Positions 13,677-26,500 of a stretch of 64,000 nucleotides of DNA are shown one piece after another. Source of the DNA: Octopus vulgaris (Eukaryota); the NCBI GenBank assembly GCA_951406725.2, contig OX597817.1, positions 71,672,001 to 71,736,000 on the forward strand, given 5' to 3'. The notes beneath the pieces were generated by a model. The model did no database searches and was not told the origin of the DNA. It saw only the letters and a list, made by a program, of their open reading frames with translations. Position 1 is the first letter of the stretch. The number at the start of each line of letters is the position of its first letter. Position numbers and translations under genes: made by a program.

Positions 13677-13767
13677 TTTTAGTACAATCGTTTCATACAA
13701 GGACAGGCTTTATTAAAAGTTGCAAAAATTACAGCATATAAACGTGTCCTGTACTCATCAGCTAAAA
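13677..13767 (-). ncRNA. Type I hammerhead ribozyme
   Basis: Minus strand: UUUUAG CUGAUGA GUACAGGACA-loop-UGUCCUUGUAU GAAA CGAUUG UA^ CUAAAA. 6-bp stem I, ~10-bp stem II, short near-palindromic stem III, GUA cleavage triplet. Confidence 0.75.
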
Positions 13768-13912
13768 TACATGTGAGTTCTCTAGACATCCTATTGGTTG
13801 AGGCTATACTCATGAAGTAGATAATTAAGTAACATAAACAGATTTCCAAAGTTCATTAAAGTTCTTTAAAGATGATGTACAGTCTTATCACAGAATTTTA
13901 AAAAGTTTTAAC

Positions 13913-14200
13913 AGCATCACAGAGAAGGTGACCTAATCCATAGTGCACATATGAATTTCCAGAGATATGATGAGGGATTACATACTCACAGACGACAAAT
14001 TTATCCATTGTTAATCACAACGAGGTGGGTCTCAATTCCTGCTTATTAGCATTACAGAGAGGGTGAATTAATCCTTTGTATAGATGCACAATTTCCAATG
14101 GTGTAGATGTAAATTTCCAGAGAAATGAAGAGGAATTTCATATTCACAGGCGATAAATTTATCAATGGTTGAACACAATGAGGTAGGTATGAATTCTTGT
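13913..14200. repeat. Two diverged ~135-150-bp direct repeats inside the Penelope-like element
   Basis: agcat(c/t)acagaga(a/g)ggtga..aatttccagaga.atga.gagg..cacag.cga.aaatttatc..cacaa.gaggt occurs twice. Confidence 0.75.
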
Positions 14201-14585
14201 TATATGATTAGGTATTTGCCACATTAATCACATTACTGCTATTTACAAGAGGCAGTAGCTATTTAACTTTTAAAGGCTGAAGGGCTTTCTAGAGAGGCAA
14301 AGAATAGAAAAGGGGAGGGAATAGAAGAAAAGAGAGAAAATAAAGGAGGAGGGAGCAAAAAAGGGGGGGGAGAGGGACTTCTCTTTTAGTCCCTCCCCCC
14401 CCTTTTAATAAAGCCTGTCCTTGTATGAAACGATTGTACTAAAAACCTATCCATTCTTGTTGCTTCTTTCTCGCTTATAATCACCCCACATTATTGTATT
14501 GTTAAAACAGTATAGTTTTTTTGGTGCATCTAAGTTAGGTACCATATTCAAGTAAATTCATTTAAATTAACTTGAATCTTTATTG

Positions 14586-14591
<6 letters not shown>

Positions 14592-14638
<47 letters not shown>

Positions 14639-15076
14639 TTATACATATATACACATATATATGCATATATATAAAAATACATATATACATATATACATAT
14701 ATGCATATATATACATATATATACAAATATATGCACATATATATATATATACATATATACATTTATATACATATATATATATACATACATATATACATAC
14801 ATACATATATACATATATACATATAAGAGAGACTTAGTTATTTTAATATTTCTATTATATATATATATATATATATATACATATTTATACATATATACAC
14901 ATATATATGCATATATATAAAAATACATATATACATATATACATATATGCATATATATACATATATATACAAATATATGCACATATATATATATACATAT
15001 ATACATTTATATACATATATATATATATATACATACATATATACATACATACATATATACATACATATATACATAT

Positions 15077-15146
<70 letters not shown>
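14592..15146. repeat. Compound TA/CA microsatellite with a duplicated block (246-bp period)
   Basis: atacatatttatacatatatacacatatatatgcatatatataaaaatac at 14631 and 14877. Confidence 0.9.
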
Positions 15147-15148
<2 letters not shown>

Positions 15149-15535
15149 CAAATACATCAACTTCACTATCAAAATCAAATCAAGTTACAATCAAATGGAA
15201 ATTGTAGATGTGACCCCCGTGCCGGTGGAACGTAAAAAGCACCATCTGAACATGATCGATGCCAGTGCTGTCTTCACTGGCTTCCGTGCCAGTGGTACAT
15301 AAAAAACACCATCCGATCGTGGCCGATACCAACTTTCTTTGTGGTTAGATCGTAGGTGATGTTCTTCTAGCATATTGGATCTCCACTTATTGGTTATCAC
15401 TTCTTATACGCATGTATTACAATTTTTCTGAATTTTCAGATTTTTCTATATGCTAGGCTACTGGTTTAAATTGATGTTAATTAAATTAATATTCAATTTA
15501 TCACCCTCATTATTTAAATTTTATATACATATATA

Positions 15536-15601
<66 letters not shown>

Positions 15602-16114
15602 TGCTGCATTTATTTCTAAATGTAGTATCTGTTTCCGTGAGAGTTGGCGGGCTGTTGGTAAGGGCATTTGAATTATAACGGCGGATATAATCGATTGAAC
15701 CACACGTGTATTTATCGTTATGGTAAAATCTGGCGTGTGATTGAGTAGATTGTGTCCAGATAGTTTTGTCTGAGGAGCTACAAGTGAATTAGTGTGAGTA
15801 AAATTACATTTAATTCAGTAATAGCGAAACAAAATAATCTGTATTTTTGTTATTTTTATTTGCCCTGTTCGTTTGAGCTAACAATCGTGCTGACTTTCAT
15901 GGGAAACATTTATTTTGTGGTTAAAACCTATTGGATCTATTTCTAGTGCTAGAGTGAGCCACATAGTGACTACTCTCTTATATTTATTTATGTATAAAAT
16001 ATTATAATATATTATAAAATATTATAATAATCCAGGTTTCTCTGTGCACTGGGCCACTTGGTGTTGAATTGGGATACTATTAAATTAGTATCTAATTCTC
16101 TCACCCTTATTAAT

Positions 16115-16175
<61 letters not shown>

Positions 16176-16227
16176 AATATTAAATTTCTAAATATCTCAT
16201 AGAGATATGTACGGTGGTGGAGCGATA

Positions 16228-16528
16228 GAGTGGTTGTATACTGTCAACTTAACGTGACAGTCCCGTATGGGAATTACACCACCGCCGTTTAGCCCTAGGA
16301 AGCATCGAACGCTTCCTATTGGCTTTGACACATTTTTCCCTTTCTAGACCCAGAAACATGCATGTCCCCAGGTGTGAATCTTGGCTGGTGGGGGTACTTA
16401 CCTCCCCTTCACAAACATAAGGACACAGGGAAAAAATGTGTCAAAGCCGACAGGAAGCGTTCGATGCTTCCTAGGGCTAAACAGCGGTGTTGTAATTCCC
16501 ACTGTCACGTTAAGTTGACGGTGTACAA

Positions 16529-16534
<6 letters not shown>
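16228..16534. mobile_element. Foldback MITE with ~110-bp terminal inverted repeats
   Basis: GAGTGGTTGTATACTGTCAACTTAACGTGACAG..TTTAGCCCTAGGAAGCATCGAACGCTTCCT.. is mirrored by ..AGGAAGCGTTCGATGCTTCCTAGGGCTAAA..CTGTCACGTTAAGTTGACGGTGTACAACCACTC. Confidence 0.85.
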
Positions 16535-16595
<61 letters not shown>

Positions 16596-17014
16596 GCATA
16601 AATTCATATATATATATGCATATATATGTGTGTGTGGTGTATGTTTACGTATGTGTGTATGTGTATGTGTGTGAGTCCATTTGTGAGTTTGCCTGCGTGT
16701 GTGTATGAGAATGTATGTACGTTCCTCACAAAATAACACTCGTATGAATTACCAAACGCATAAATTGCACTTTTATTCCGTTGAGGAAGCCATTTTCCAA
16801 ATGAAATACATTGTGCTTCCGACTCATTCCGTTTTGAATCCCAATTTTACCATGGTCAACATTGTATTTAAAACTTTTTGGGATACAAGGAGTACCAGTC
16901 GAGCATTGAGGTTGATAAAACAAGTACAAGTTCTTATACGCATGTATATATATATATACATATATATATATACTTATACCATATATATATATATATATAT
17001 AAATATATATATAC

Positions 17015-17046
<32 letters not shown>

Positions 17047-17368
17047 GTCTCTATATATTTATGCGTATGTATGTATTGTATGTATGTATATGTATATATA
17101 TATATGCATACGCATATAAATGTGTATATATATGTAGCTATGTACATACATCTGCATGTTTTAGTGTATATATGTATATTATAGATGGTTTGGTATGTGC
17201 ATATACTTCTAAAGTATACGTAGTCCAATGTGATCATTTTTTAAAAAACGGATATAACTTTTAATGTATTAATTGATTAATATTTTACAAATAATTAATT
17301 ACCCCAGGTATTTAGATTGTATCATTCTTTATAAGTTATTTTTGATTGAAGGTTTTCTTTGATTTTAT

Positions 17369-17790
17369 AATAAACTTAGATAAACTTAGATATGTTTCGA
17401 CCAAAGATTGGTCCAGGCCATGTCTAACTTAATAGCACCACCTGATAGGATTATTCGAATCCTGTTTAAGCCAAGTTTTGTTCAAGTAGTGAGTTCTTGT
17501 TGGGTGAGTTGTATCCAGTTTTGTTCAAGTAGTGAGTTCTTGTTGGGTGAGTTGTATCCAGTTTTGTTCAAGTAGTGAGTTCTTGTTGGGTGAGTTGTAT
17601 CCAATTATAGGTGGCTTATCTGGTATTCTTTGAAGGAATCTATCCAGACTCTGTTTAAAGTTGATGGGATCCTTTTCCTCTTTGATCTCCCTCGGGACAA
17701 TGTTAATAATAAGATAATTTTACTCCGTATTTTGTTCATTGGATGCAACTGGTTATTGTAAAGACCGTTGGTTGAAAGGACCAATGAAAC
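17369..17790 (-). mobile_element. CR1/L2-like LINE 3' end
   Basis: NIVPREIKEEKDPINFKQSLDRFLQRIPDKPPIIGYNSPNKNSLLE, a 3' stem-loop GACCAA-TCT-TTGGTC and a (TCTAAGTTTA)n tail. Confidence 0.75.
17474..17603. repeat. 3 x 43-bp perfect tandem repeat
   Basis: agttttgttcaagtagtgagttcttgttgggtgagttgtatcc at 17474, 17517 and 17560. Confidence 0.95.
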
Positions 17791-17943
17791 AAAACCATTT
17801 TCAAATGTGTATCCATAAAACTAATTGTATATGCTTACTTACAACCTTATTTTTGTTCCATTCTAAACGAAACTGTCCGACGAACGGGAACGTGAAACAC
17901 TAAGTAGCTGATTTTGTGATACTTTTGCTACTTTTTAATAAAG

Positions 17944-17984
<41 letters not shown>

Positions 17985-18446
17985 TTACACACACACACGC
18001 ACACACACGTACATACACTTACATATATGTTTGTGTGTGTGTGTACGTGTGTGTATAGGTATATACAATTCGAAAACCCATTTCAACAAAAACAATACCA
18101 CCAGCATCAACAGCAGAAACAATTTTAGAACTAAAAAAAATAATAATAAATAAATATAATGTGAAGAGAAATTATTCCGAATGTTTTATGTAATTTAGGT
18201 GATTGCTTGTTTTCCCTCTCGATACCATTAAGAACTGTACAGAAAACAGATATAAAATAAACAAGTGAACAGAAAACAAATCTAGCTAGAAATTTTCACT
18301 GCGTTTATTGATGTTGATATTAGTTTCACTTTATCTCAAATTTAAAAACAAAAGGAAATAAAAATAATTACAAAATACTTCCTAGATAAAGCAACTAGCC
18401 TTCAGTGCGTGGGTGTACGCGCATGTATAAATATCTGCATGCATGT

Positions 18447-18477
<31 letters not shown>

Positions 18478-18514
18478 CGTTTAGAGAGATAGAGAAAGAG
18501 ACAGAGAGACAGAC

Positions 18515-18599
<85 letters not shown>

Positions 18600-19974
18600 G
18601 ATAGTTGGATCGTCGAATAGATGTGTGTGTCTGCCTGTGTTTAAAAAGGCTAGGAACGGAAGCCGAATTTAATAGTCGCAGAAAAGAAACCTAACGAAAA
18701 TTACTAATCAACAGGATTTCACTTGAAAATAGAAAAACCAAAAAGAAGCCTCATAACGTCACACAACCTATTAAAAAGGAAGAAATAAAGAAGAAAACAA
18801 AGCTGTGATCATTGATCGGAATTTCTATTTTCATATATTTTTGCTGAATAAAAGAATGTCAGAAAAAATCCCTATTAAAATGGATGACTGCTTTTGAAAT
18901 AATTTAAAAAGGAAAAGAAAATAAAGAAATCGTTAACCAAGATACCTAGACCGGAAATAAAATAATTTAGCTATTTTATGCCTAAGCGTAGCTGCATCTA
19001 CAACTAATAGATATTTTAACACTTTCTTTATATTTCTTTATTTCTTTGTCTTCTTTCTTTTTATTTGAAATAGAAAAATGTTGAGCCTCACTTTTATTCT
19101 TAACTTGATACTATGTTAGAAGATGCGTGGAGAAGTGGCGGCAACTGACGGTTGATTAATCTAGTGTCTGGCTTTTGTAATCAATGTTCAAATCTCAGTC
19201 TCCACTATTTTTATGAGAAACTTAACGCTATCTTATGTGATGAGATGCAACGTTGAGGGTCAGAAGTTACTGCACGAAAAGATTAACCTAGTAGTATTTC
19301 AAATATTTTGAGTTTAACCCACTCAGAGTCGAATTTGTATTATACCCTCCGGCAACCGTAGTAAAGGTGTTTAGAAGAATTAAATCATATTTTCCCACAA
19401 ATCTTTCACTTTTTGCTGCAGTAAGAAATCAACTGTATATTGTATTTAACATAGGCACAAAGCCTCACAAGTAATTTTTTCTAGTTTAGGAACACGCCTA
19501 AATGAAGTGGGAAGGACATTTGGTTACATCGGCTCCATCACTTGACGGTTACATTATTTTATTGATCCATAAAAGGATGAAATGTCATGTCAACTCGGAG
19601 GGATTTGAAGTCAAAATGTAACGAACCAAAAGAAGTAAAGGAAAGCATTTTGTCCGACGGTCTAATGAATTTGCCAATCCACCAATCTCTACAAACAGTG
19701 TATTAATATTAAATTGATCTGATATTTAAACGTAAAGGAACGCAACTAAATACCTTCTAAATACCTATCTTGTTATGTCAGATGATCTTTCAAACAAAAT
19801 TAACTATTGTCACTCACAATGGTTATATTAATGATATTAATAAACATAGGCAAAAGCGATATGTTTTGGAAGCGGGAACATTTAAAGCAATTAGTCATGA
19901 AAACCTGAATCTACCACTCCACGCACGCTTACTGTTGTGAGATCTGCTATCCTCTGCAGTAAGCTAACTGAAAT

Positions 19975-20130
19975 TTTGGGAGTTGTACCCATTGTTCGAA
20001 ACGCTATAGATTTGAGTCACACAAATTTGAAAAAGAAGTACCAGCTCAAATAGATAAGATCCCAGGAGAACCATGTCTCAGAGAAATCCAGAAGATTAAA
20101 CTAATCTTTACCACTTACAATCTTTCTTCA
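19975..20130 (+). mobile_element. R4/Dong-like LINE C-terminal remnant
   Basis: VVPIV..DKIPGEPCLREIQKI. 39/40 nt identical (inverted) to 20607-20646. Confidence 0.6.
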
Positions 20131-20153
20131 ACAGTAAAATATTGAGTAACTGC

Positions 20154-20450
20154 AAGGCGGCAAGCTGGCAGAATCGTTAGCACGCCGGACAAAATGCCTA
20201 GCTGAATTTCGTCTGCCGCTACGTTCTGAGTTCAAATTCCGCCGAGGTCGACTTTGTCTTTCATCCTTTCGGGGTCGATTAAATAAGTACCAGTTACGCA
20301 CTGGGGTCGATATAATCGACTTAATCCGTTTGTCTGTCCTTGTTTGTCCTCTCTGTGTTTAGCCCCTTGTGGGGAGTAAAGAAATAGGTATTTCGTCAGT
20401 CTTTACGTTGTGAATTAAAATTCGCCAAAGTCGACTTTTCCTTTTATCCT
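20154..20450 (+). mobile_element. SINE family A with partial second monomer
   Basis: aaggcggcaagctggcagaatcgttagcacgccgg..gagttcaaattccgccgaggtcgac..ggggtcgat. Confidence 0.9.
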
Positions 20451-20553
20451 GGACGAGTGACGGATAAGAGATGTTACAGTTTGACTGAAAGCCTGGGGAG
20501 GGGAAGTGGCAGAGGAAGTAGCGAAATATCTTCATGTAATACAACACAGATAT

Positions 20554-21010
20554 TTAAATGGATAGAGTTTTTCTAAGGATGAGGGCAGTACTCATCAGAA
20601 CAATCCTCTGAATTTCTCTGAGACATGGTTCTCCTGGGATCTTATCAAGATGTTTCTGACATCCCATTTTTTTCTATCATACTTAGGACACCTACAATAA
20701 CAGGAACAGTTCTAGCCTTAAGATGCCACACTTTTTGTATTTCAATTTTCAGGTCCATTATATTAACTTAATTTATCAAATTCCTTTACACACACACACA
20801 TATATATCTATATATATATTATCAGTGGGAACACTTACGTCTATTGGACTACAAGTGTTTCCTTCCCTGTCTTCATTAATTATATGTGATCGAATAGCTT
20901 GGATCCTTCTGTTAGTGTTGACTGGAAAATCTCAGTCAACAACAACAACCTCGACTGGACTGCTTTTAATCACAGGACTGCTTGATCATATTCCAACAAA
21001 GTGACTGTCC
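20554..21010 (-). mobile_element. R4/Dong-like LINE restriction-like endonuclease remnant
   Basis: DFPVNTNRRIQAIRSHIINEDREGNTCSPIDVSVPTDN (degenerate RPDI..IDV.VP) and KVWHLKARTVPVIVGVL..HLDKIPGEPCLREIQRIVLMSTALILRK. Confidence 0.75.
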
Positions 21011-22462
21011 ATAATTTCTTTATACTTGAATATCTTAGGTATGAGCAGGTTTCGGAAATAATTTTTGCAACAGACTAGTAGTTGTCCCTGCATGCTCGTT
21101 TCCCTTCTCCACGCCACATTCTATCTTTGACTGCAGAAAAGAACGCGGTCTTGGGCCGAATGGCCTTGGTAATGATATTGTAGCAGGGGTTGTTGTCAGA
21201 ATACAAAGACCCATAGAAATATCACATGACATCTCCTTCCGAATCTCTAACAGGTCAGCCGACCACTCATCTTGAATTGGAACTTCTTATCCACCCTCGA
21301 AAGGGAATAAAAGGCAAGGTTGGCTTCGGTGGATTTGAGCTCAAGGAGTCGGAACAAATATCATAAGACATCTTATCCAATATTCTAACAACCCTATCAA
21401 TCCGCTGCCCTCCAAACTTTATTTAGATATGATTAAATGAAGTAGAATTCCCAAACAAAGGTAAGCAACGCTAGGATATTGAAAAAATATCTCGAGATCC
21501 AAGCTAAGAATCTGGCATAAATATATGAAACAAAAAAACTACTTTAAATGATATAACATGAATAAATGAATAATAAGTAACAGTACTCTTGGAAATTCCA
21601 TTCTATTTTGAAAACCATAAGATTATTAGAAGTTTAAAGTGAAGCATGAAATATATTATTTCTTTTGAAATAATATTCTTCTAAAGAATCTGATTGTACT
21701 GATTGTGTGCCTTCCCTATAGGTTGTACTGAAGGTGCAATCTTCGGAGGAAACATCTTTGAAAACGCTATTCTTTGTTATAACATTTATTATCTTTTATC
21801 TTGAGGGCCGTTATCTATTGTTCTTATCTTTTGCACTCCAGAAATAGCTATATAAACTAGTCTATGAAACAAAAAGCAAAGCAAAAGAAAAAGAATATAA
21901 TTTTCATTGCCTTTCCACTGTGACTTTATAATTAAACTATTGAAAATTATTGAACAATGGAAAAGGTAAACGCCTTAAACAATTTTAACGTTGGAATGAA
22001 ATAGAAAACATGTATACAAGATCGTTCTACACTATGATTACAGTGGTAACTCTAACAATTCTTAATACATTGTACTACGTCTCTAATTTTATACTATTTT
22101 CGTATACATGGAACTTATAGTTCCAATGAATGAATCACAATAGCTATCCTACTGTGTCTCCGATAGTTACATAGTTTATATCATTTAGTTTCATAGTTTA
22201 TCCGTCTTAAATATATGTTGTGTGTGTAATAGATTATATCTTCGATTTTGTATAATAGATAAGTATTACTTAACTTGACCGTAGCAGCATAATTTTATAG
22301 ATTTGTTCTAGCATGGCCACAAGGCCACTCATTTCGTAAAAGTGGGGACACTTGATTAAGTTGATCTTTGCTATCCACTGGTACTAATTTTATCGGTTCT
22401 AAAATGATGAAAGACGAAGGTAACTTTGACAGAACTTAAACATAGAAGAGTTACCAATACTA

Positions 22463-23564
22463 TCAGGCTGAGTACAAAGTAAGCAACGTTTTGGAACATG
22501 AAACTCATCACAATATATTTCAACAATGCGGAAATTTTATTCATCAGAGTGAGTACCATTACAATCAACACATTTTTGCCAACGAGTTACAAGTTTGCTT
22601 ATTCCAGTAACATAAAAATCTGGAGTTCTGGAGCTGATGAACTCTTTGAACGCACTTCCAGCGTCGGTTTGACTTTTTAACTCCTCTCGCAGGAAACCAT
22701 CAAGGTGCTTGAAAAAGTGGCAATCGGTAGGAGAAAGGATCTAGGGAATAAGGTGAGTAGAAAAGAACTTCGTAGCCAAGTTCCCTCAACTGTTGGAGTG
22801 TCATTAGTGAAACGTATGGTCGAGCATTGTCATGAAGAATGATTGGCCCTTATCTATTAACCAATCTGGGTTGGAGGAGCAGCAGTTTTTCGCTCATTTT
22901 GGCAATTGCATGGCAATATGTTTCTGCAGTAATGGTTTTTCCGAGTTTTAAGAAGTTATAGTGGATAAATCCAGCAGTACACCACCAGACAGTCGTCACA
23001 ACTTTCTTTTTGAAGACTTCGGGTTTAGGAAAAGTTTTCGGTGCTTCATTTTGGTCCAACCACTGCGAAGAACGTTTTTATTATTGTACAGAATCCACTT
23101 TTCATCGCAAGTTACAATACGGTCGAGAAATCGATCGGTCTGGTTACGGAAAAGAAGCGACGAGTAAATTTCATATCTGGACATTTTCTTATTTTCATTC
23201 AAATCGTGTTGTACCTATTTGTCGAGCTTTTTTGATTTTCCGATTGCATGCAAATGGTTTCAGGCAGTTCTTTTGCTACTTGAAGTTCTTTTGCCAATTT
23301 TCGAGTGGTTTTACGTGGATCTTTCTCAATGACGGTCTTTAATTGACCGTCATCAATGACTGATAGGCGTCCACTACGCTCACGATCTGCAAGGCACAGA
23401 TCTCCAGTGCGAAATCGTTTAAACCATTTTCGAGCTGACCACTCACTGGTCACTTCCTCACCAAACATTTCGTAGTTATCGCGAGTAGTTTCTGCTGCTT
23501 TACGTACTTTTTTGAGGTTGAATAGCAAAATTGCTCGAACATCGCTCTTTGACAGTTCCATTTC
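22463..23564 (-). mobile_element. Mariner (DD34D-type) transposon fossil, frameshifted transposase with ATG at 23561
   Basis: MELSKSDVRAILLF..WFKRFRTGD..RSGR; FLDRIVTCDEKWILYNN; KVVTTVWW; degenerate HDNA and YSPDL motifs. Putative TIR TA|TCAGGCTGAGTACAAAGTAAGC at 22461. Confidence 0.9.
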
Positions 23565-23581
23565 AGATGATTGTGACAACG

Positions 23582-26500
23582 ATTTCTTTATTGTCCACAT
23601 GGAACCAAACGTAGAGGGACGGTACAAATAAGGGAGAGGTCGATGGTACGTATGGTTTTTACACAGAGGTGGAAGGTTAATCCTTTTAGTAGATAAACAA
23701 ATCATAAGCAAAACAATTACACAAACGATGAAGTGGAGGACAGGTTTTGCTTCGACTCGCAAGCCCTGTGTCACCACTGTATTCTTTAGCATAACCTTAT
23801 GGATACACGGTATGTGTTCATTCATTCGCAACAAACTCGCCACAACCTTCCATCTTTTTCCATGTACACACACCAGGTGACAGGCATTTTCTCTCCATCC
23901 ATATTTTCCTCTTAAGGTGGAAGATGGGGTAATGGACCAGTCCAAGGCTGGAGATGAGTGTGCTTTTCACGATTCCTTTCACACGAGTCATCCATATCGC
24001 TTCTTTCGTAATAGCGACCACAGCGAGAAAACAAGCCTTGCTTTCTTTGTTAAAAGTGGCAGGAGGAAAAATATTTACAGTCGGCCCGGAAGACAGTTGT
24101 ACTCTTCCCAGCCGTGACAGCAGATACTCAACATAAACCCATATCTCAGAGATTTTGGTTATCCACGGATCCTGGCCCGAATGTCCGTCTGAACAGACTG
24201 GCTAGTTGATCCTCATTGAAGCCTAGGGTCTCCCCCAGGACGTCGTAACACTGAGCTGCTACCAATCCTCTATAGAAAGACACGGTAGAACCCCCGGCGC
24301 TGGCGTTGCCGGTGTGACTGATAAGCTTGAGTGCCTCACAACACTCCGCTTGCGAAGCACCCAACTTTGGTCTATACTTGATCCAAGGTTCACTCAAACT
24401 AGTAAGCTCAGGAAGTAACGACCGCACGAACGGAGTCCACACCTGTTCACCATCCAGGTAGAGCCACAGATGCCTCAGCCACCTGCGCAGAGGCTGAGGC
24501 ATCTGTAGCTCTACCTGGATGGTGAACAGCCAAGGCATCCTTAGCCTACCCTTTAGTGGATGCTGGCAGCAGACAGAGCACTTTACATTAGGACTTCTAC
24601 CCCTCCATAAAAAGCGGAAGAGAAGCCGCTCCAACTTGATCAGCTACGAACGCGGGCAAGACACGACAGTTAGGCAGTAGGTAATCACAGAAGCGATAAA
24701 CACTCCTGTGATCCCCGCCCTTCCTTTCAGAGCTGGCTGCCGCTCAGACTATGTCTGAGTTCGGTGGGTTACCCTGCTCGTTACCTCGCTCCAATTTTGT
24801 GGCGATTGTGTGTTCTGTTGATTGTCGTATTTTATGTTTTGTTGTAGGGTTAGTGGGGTTGGAGGGCGATAATAGTGGTGGTGGTGGTGGTGGTGGGGAG
24901 GTATTTTCCTCACTTTTCTGGAGTATATCCCCCACCCTTCGCCTTTGGCTTCTTCCATTTCCTCTTCCCCTGTTTCATTTTCAGATGTGTCCACACTTGG
25001 TTCTTCATCCTTTTGTTTTTCGACAGGTGGTGGAATCGCTGCTTTTTCACGGGGAGGTTGGCACTCGTCCCTAATGTGGCCTTTTTAGCCACACTTTTAG
25101 CATGAGACTTTCTCCCCTTTACCATGACTCTCAGCTTAGTCTCTCTCACCTGTATAGAATCTATGATGTTTTCTAAATCGGCAGGGGCTGCTTGTATAAT
25201 TATCTCGAAGCCTTGCCCCTGTTAATTTTGCAATTCTAGCGCTTGGGCTTGGAGAATTGTGATTTTATCCTCCAAGCCGTTTATTATGGCTACCACCAGC
25301 CAAATGGGGTCTACATCGAGTGGGATGTCTCCTACCTTAATCTTGGAAGTCTACCTTCCAAGAAAAGTAGGTAGGAGTACTACTTCCGCCGTTTTTAATG
25401 GTGTTGTCGACGCTTGTTTCGCTTTTTCTTCCGTTTTAAACCGGACTTCTATTGTATGTCACTATGTCAATATGAATGCTGTTTTGGGAGACGAGGACTG
25501 TGGAGTATGCGGCTTTTGATTGTCTGCAAGTGAATGTGAAGGTGCTGGATCAGTGTCTGGAGGGGTGGAACAGAGGATGGTGTATGTTTTGCAAGGTGTT
25601 AATGGTGGAGAAATGACCTTTGTAAATGGGTTATAAATGAACGTGTAAGATGCTTGTTCTTTGTGTGTGAAGTTTGAGATTTTTTTTCTGGGGGAGTATC
25701 TTTTGTATCCCTTTTTCTTTTAGCAGCTGGTTCTTCCACGTTGCTGCTTCTTCCTCGTTGCATGATCTCGGTTGATTTTGTCTCCGGATAGGCTTCTTCC
25801 TAGGGTTTTGTTTTCGGGCTGCATTGCTGTGGTCTCGGTTACTTTTTGCTTTTCTCTTGGGATGTCTTGTATTGGGTTGGTAACTCTGTTGGTCGGTTTC
25901 TTCCCCTGCGGTTTGTCTGTTAGGTTGGCGGGTTTTTCAGAACTGACGCTTATTGGTTCTTCTGGTTGTAGTGGTGTGCTAGGAACAGGGTACGCCTCAT
26001 GTTGCGAAACCTGAGAACATTTGACCTTTAAGTGACCCTTTCCCCCACATTTATAACATTATAACACCTTGGGCTTCTGCCCTCTACTCTAATTCTGAGT
26101 TTAGTCTCGTCTGGTAGGACAATTTGATCTGAGATCTCTTCTAGGTCACTAGGAGTGACCTGGATTGTTATATCCAGGCCACAAGCCCATAATTTTTTTG
26201 TTGTGTCTTGGTTGCTTTCAATATTTTTCTTTCTTTTAAGTTCAACATTATTGCTGCTATCAACTACATCTCATCAATTTCAGGAGGGACTTCCCCAATT
26301 TTAATTCTGGAAGTCCTTCTTCCGAGATAAGTCGGCAGTAACACCAGTTCTGCCAACTTCAGGGGTGTGGTAGAATGCTTTAAAGCTTCCTCTTCTGAAG
26401 CAAACCTCACCTCTACCGTCCCAAAACGTTGCTCTCTTTTTAGAAATTTTACTTCACTCCAAATTTGGCTTAGACATTTTTCGACAGCATCCCTAGATGC

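Larger units (their letters stand above)
13646..14590 (-). mobile_element. Penelope-like non-coding element with inverted partial pseudo-LTR
   Basis: Perfect 74-bp inverted repeat 13646-13719 / 14402-14475, hammerhead in the left arm, junction hairpin at ~14360-14404, flanked by (TA)n. Confidence 0.65.

Noticed and set aside
15340-15410. EVITNKWRSNML on the minus strand as GPCR helix 8
   Set aside because: In-frame stop just upstream and no splice acceptor. More likely decayed repeat sequence.
17385-17430. GACCAA-TCT-TTGGTC-GAAAC as a hammerhead
   Set aside because: No CUGANGA upstream. Better explained as a LINE 3' stem-loop before the tandem tail.
17474-17603. Short direct repeats as a CRISPR array (also 27414-27481)
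   Set aside because: Contiguous tandem repeats without unique spacers, in a eukaryotic context with no cas genes.
20560-20600. CTGATGAGTAC on the minus strand as a hammerhead core
   Set aside because: It is coding sequence (VLMSTAL) of the R4-like remnant, with no stem II or stem I pairing.
23199-23945. 248-aa ORF as a novel fusion gene
   Set aside because: Chance read-through from LINE 3' sequence into the mariner N-terminus. The transposase is frameshifted downstream.
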